DNA of 54,055 nt, the filler included, from Stramenopiles sp. TOSAG23-3 (taxonomy: Eukaryota): assembly GCA_900128585.1 (NCBI GenBank). It is 4 parts of 4 records of this genome, joined end to end, with 100 filler letters (N's around TTAATTAATTAA, not from the genome) between each part and the next. Parts side by side here need not be neighbours in the genome. Positions count along the whole stretch, not along the records: positions 40,637 to 54,055 come from LT642627.1; 3 more parts are not named here. One strand, written 5' to 3'. Within the stretch, counting starts at the first letter, position 1. The number at the start of each line of letters is the position of its first letter. The notes below the pieces were generated by a model. It was not told where the DNA came from and made no database searches. It saw only the letters and a program-made list of their open reading frames with translations. The position numbers and the translations under genes are program-made. Below are positions 51,701 through 54,055 of the stretch, piece by piece.

Positions 51701-53846
51701 ATTGGAAATTGGTAAGCTAACAATTGAAACGCCAGACACGTGCATGAACAGAAATTCCCAAGAATTTGCAGAGTGCATGCTGGAAGAATCGGACGAATCC
51801 ATCAGGAAAGCGAAAGGAGAGAGGGCGCTCGAGAAGCCTGCGTTTGCCGGTCTCCAGTTTTCTGAAACGAGCGTAAACATCACTTACAACACCTCTTTTC
51901 TTGATTCTCCACCCATTCTTGTGCAGTGGGTTGGTTCTGCGTCGTTGCGAAATGGACGTGTCTTTAGGCCGACTATCAAAACAGTGGCAGATCCATTTGA
52001 ACCTAATATAACAGCATCCATAAGAAATGTAACGTTTGGTGTTATTATAGGCATGATGCTTTTTTCTGCGTACGCCGCCGCAGGAGGGGCTGGTGCCCAT
52101 TTTGTCGCAACTGAAAGGAGCGAAGGCAGCATTCATACGCAGCGGATTGCTGGGGTCTCAACGGTGTCGTACTTGGTGTCCACGATTCTTGTAGACCTTG
52201 TCCAAATGATACCTGCGATCGTTTGCACGGTGGCGGTGTACATAGTGGCCCCGGACAAACTGCCCAACATCAGCATCTTGCAGTTCATTTTAGTCGGATT
52301 GTCCATGATACCTTTCGGCTACGTCATAACATCAAAATCAAAAAAGCCTGCGATTGCGCAGCAATTGGTCAGCATAGTTGGCTTCGCCCTGTTCTTTATT
52401 CCAAACTTGGCTGTGGCTGTTCTAGGAATAATTCAAAAGGAATCCGAGGACCCAGACAGCATGAAAATGTGGACAGATGTGCTTGATTACTTTTTCTATA
52501 TCCTTTCTCCCCCAAGTGCATTTGCCGTTGGGTTTGATAAAATACGTAAAAGTAGTACGGCTTGTGTACTTGCAAAGAGTAGCTACGATATTAAAACGTG
52601 CACCGAAAGCTCCATGAAACCGTTGATGAAAATCCCAGTGTACGCCAACTGGAAACCAGCAAGCAGTTGGGACGGTGGCGGCGCCATGGCGGTGTTTCTC
52701 CTCTTTCATACCTGTCTATATTGTGCAATCAAACTCTTCATCGATTACCGGGCTGTGCGCCGGGGAACGGGAAGCAAGATGGAGGTGAACCCTGTGCCCG
52801 TTGATGACGAGGACGAAGATGTGCGCCAGGAAAGGCTTCGGATTGATGGTTCAGAGTTTGACCTATTGTCTAGTGAGAATTTTGTTACTTGTAAGAATTT
52901 GAAGAAACGTTATCCTGGTGCACAAAAAACTGCTGTAGACGGGGTCAGCTTCGCTGTGCAGAGTGGCACCTGCTTTGCACTGTTGGGCCCGAACGGTGCA
53001 GGCAAGTCGACAACGATGAACATGATGACCGGCCTGGTTCCGCTGGGCGAGGGCGACGGGTACGTTGGTGGAAAGGCTGTGTCCAACTCGCTCGATGCTA
53101 TTTTCAAAGGGATGGGCTACTGCCCACAGCACGGGGGGCTGTTTCCCAAGCTGAACGTGAGGGAACATTTTGAGTTTTACTGCGACGTCCGAGGCATGGG
53201 CGAGGGGACAAAGCACCAGACGATGAGCTTCCTCATGAAGAAGTTGGGACTGGACGCCCACGCCGAAAAACTGAGTACTGAGTTAAGCGGGGGCAACAAG
53301 CGCAAATTGGCGATGGCAATCGCGATGGTGGGGAAGCCGGACGTACTCCTGCTCGACGAGCCCACGGCCGGTGTCGACCCAGGAATCCGTCGAAACGTGG
53401 TGGAAGCGATCCATGAAACCAAAGAGAACTCCAGCGTGATCCTAACAACGCACATCATGGAAGAAGTCGAAGCCCTTGCCAGTTCCGTTGGTATTATGGT
53501 GAACGGTAGGCTGAAGTGCTTGGGATCTTTGCAGCATTTGGTGAGCCGCTTTGGCACGTACTACGTAATGGAAATTCGAGGAAGTGCCGACCGGTTTGAA
53601 GAGATCCGCTCGTTCATTAACAAGGCCATGCCAAGTGCGAAGCTTAACGGCCGTCACTTTGGGCAGAGCACTTGGCATTTGCCAAAGGCAACGGTCAAAT
53701 TGAGCGCTGCGTTCAAAGCTGTGGAAGGCCAGAAAAAATCCCTCGGTATCACATCGTATGCCATCAGCCAACTGTCGTTGGAGCAGCTGTTCTTGAAATT
53801 TGCCAAGCAACAGCGCGAAACTGGTCAAGGCCCAGATGATGCATAA
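48702..53846 (+). CDS. Full-length ABC transporter, subfamily A
   Basis: TMD-NBD-TMD-NBD; GHNGAGKT/LSGGMKRKL/LDEPTAG/THHMEEAD and GPNGAGKS/LSGGNKRKL/LDEPTAG/THIMEE; FLKQKFGIGY; SLEEVFL and SLEQLFL. First ATG at 48702. Confidence 0.97.
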   Translation: MDKKNRNTWAAATDLESGVRPETTAKRADQIRALLKKDILLFRRSNDIRNTLLALIYIYIMCGGLLPLIVPAPKYPNQGVLAAEPVDLSLPKLLRREMKFAFAPCQRGCPTNESLVDLIDEAACSSAYRMQVKLKEKGYKITCFEDPEEMNSALIAKDETKRYSAAVTIPQTPETDRAVPFNITMLKTRIAIKKDDLLYDGNLGRPVNGTRKKWVDSYFVHLQHEVQSTISEYLGKDDDPTVPLSVTLREAPFHSYLPPNRPKIDILSVAVLMPLLAVIMEISRVLEEKKKKLHEHICNSTGVSVTTLGLSNFAFASFKAALTGVLVALLLWAGMNSRVDITALIVFVLFAFIAASAFVSLPLALVSNKTVGVAISVALFFAMAFAGMPATAPGSPFAFLGLLFPGATFHVGLHHMQLYSDKPSLPSLSWTEMFVPHSNVTYGIPVCLLALVGQTVVYLFLGLYAMNTVGGNGTTPKPCCGGGRRKPKAAPETEMGVGMQDLRAGLMDGDSLVPADGGLAVEAVGPGAEVGISIQGLRKDYGEVHAVDGLTVDMYRGEITALLGHNGAGKTTTMQILTGGVSPTAGDATVLGHSIVHDLDTVRKNVAICPQHNVLWDNLTVAENIRFFADLQRTGVLDEEIESIVRKTDLVDKADTRSKALSGGMKRKLCVGMALIGRPRVLILDEPTAGLDPESRRAMWDMLQLEKKSKTIVLCTHHMEEADLLGDRVVVMAHGKLQVAGSSVFLKQKFGIGYNLAVEVKKTAGGFSKGREHARKLVRNYVQSATVHESSIRNANEVHFDLPLDASVSFPALFAALEKDEAQESSLVVSYGLTMPSLEEVFLKLADLDHENCDPNSEKSVSIDKVRRGSGLSEYAALKAGADVSDGSHLPLHRGVGGQLQQMQALGRKRILMTSRDKKSVAALVAMPVFYILYALVAVFIQDIYVKTLTSPGVTRTLTMDARGYGGEDWQVSSFPEKIRVFHTGSTNQWTNQWKPLIDKLEIGKLTIETPDTCMNRNSQEFAECMLEESDESIRKAKGERALEKPAFAGLQFSETSVNITYNTSFLDSPPILVQWVGSASLRNGRVFRPTIKTVADPFEPNITASIRNVTFGVIIGMMLFSAYAAAGGAGAHFVATERSEGSIHTQRIAGVSTVSYLVSTILVDLVQMIPAIVCTVAVYIVAPDKLPNISILQFILVGLSMIPFGYVITSKSKKPAIAQQLVSIVGFALFFIPNLAVAVLGIIQKESEDPDSMKMWTDVLDYFFYILSPPSAFAVGFDKIRKSSTACVLAKSSYDIKTCTESSMKPLMKIPVYANWKPASSWDGGGAMAVFLLFHTCLYCAIKLFIDYRAVRRGTGSKMEVNPVPVDDEDEDVRQERLRIDGSEFDLLSSENFVTCKNLKKRYPGAQKTAVDGVSFAVQSGTCFALLGPNGAGKSTTMNMMTGLVPLGEGDGYVGGKAVSNSLDAIFKGMGYCPQHGGLFPKLNVREHFEFYCDVRGMGEGTKHQTMSFLMKKLGLDAHAEKLSTELSGGNKRKLAMAIAMVGKPDVLLLDEPTAGVDPGIRRNVVEAIHETKENSSVILTTHIMEEVEALASSVGIMVNGRLKCLGSLQHLVSRFGTYYVMEIRGSADRFEEIRSFINKAMPSAKLNGRHFGQSTWHLPKATVKLSAAFKAVEGQKKSLGITSYAISQLSLEQLFLKFAKQQRETGQGPDDA

Positions 53847-54055
53847 GGTGGGAGTTATCTTTACACTCTATTTTTTAAAAGTGTTAGCGAAAAGTGTAAT
53901 ATGTTTAGATACGAAGAGTGTACGGACAAAAATATATTTTTTGATAAGAAAATTGGCTGTTAAATATGTTAACTTCTGAAGATTATTACACGAATAAGTA
54001 AAAACAAAAAAATGGCTGTTATCTACAGGTATCAATTGGAATCTTGACCAGAACT

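Overview
Eukaryotic nuclear DNA from a gene-dense, nearly intron-free protist. It is probably a flagellated heterotroph (stramenopile-like by inference only; EFHC/Rib72 implies a motile axoneme). The window is not one locus. It is four sequences of near-identical, decreasing length (1-13481, 13582-27012, 27113-40536, 40637-54055) joined by an artificial 44N-TTAATTAATTAA-44N linker, so adjacency across the linkers is meaningless. It holds about 22 protein-coding genes separated by AT-rich, microsatellite-laden intergenic DNA: glucosidase II beta, HtrA protease, CAMK kinase, ankyrin protein, N-acetylneuraminate lyase, OFCC1-like protein, EFHC, EF-hand/CBS protein, 2TM-LRR protein, RING-UBA protein, LMBR1, PDAT, USP53/54-like pseudo-DUB, MFS transporter, JmjC protein, GH89 fragment, MTHFR-like protein, SAPS, lipocalin-like protein, ABCA and two unknowns. 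I recognise no CRISPR array, rRNA, tRNA or intact transposon, and I see no clear multi-gene novel system. The best leads are: (1) a sialic-acid lyase with a secretory signal peptide; (2) a catalytic-domain-only MTHFR paralog with altered active-site motifs and basic NLS-like stretches; (3) an AA(T)TGGCTGTTA element found five times, always sense-oriented just downstream of a stop codon, on three different contigs; (4) a ~60-bp minisatellite with an inverted half-site directly upstream of the MFS gene; (5) several unusual domain architectures.
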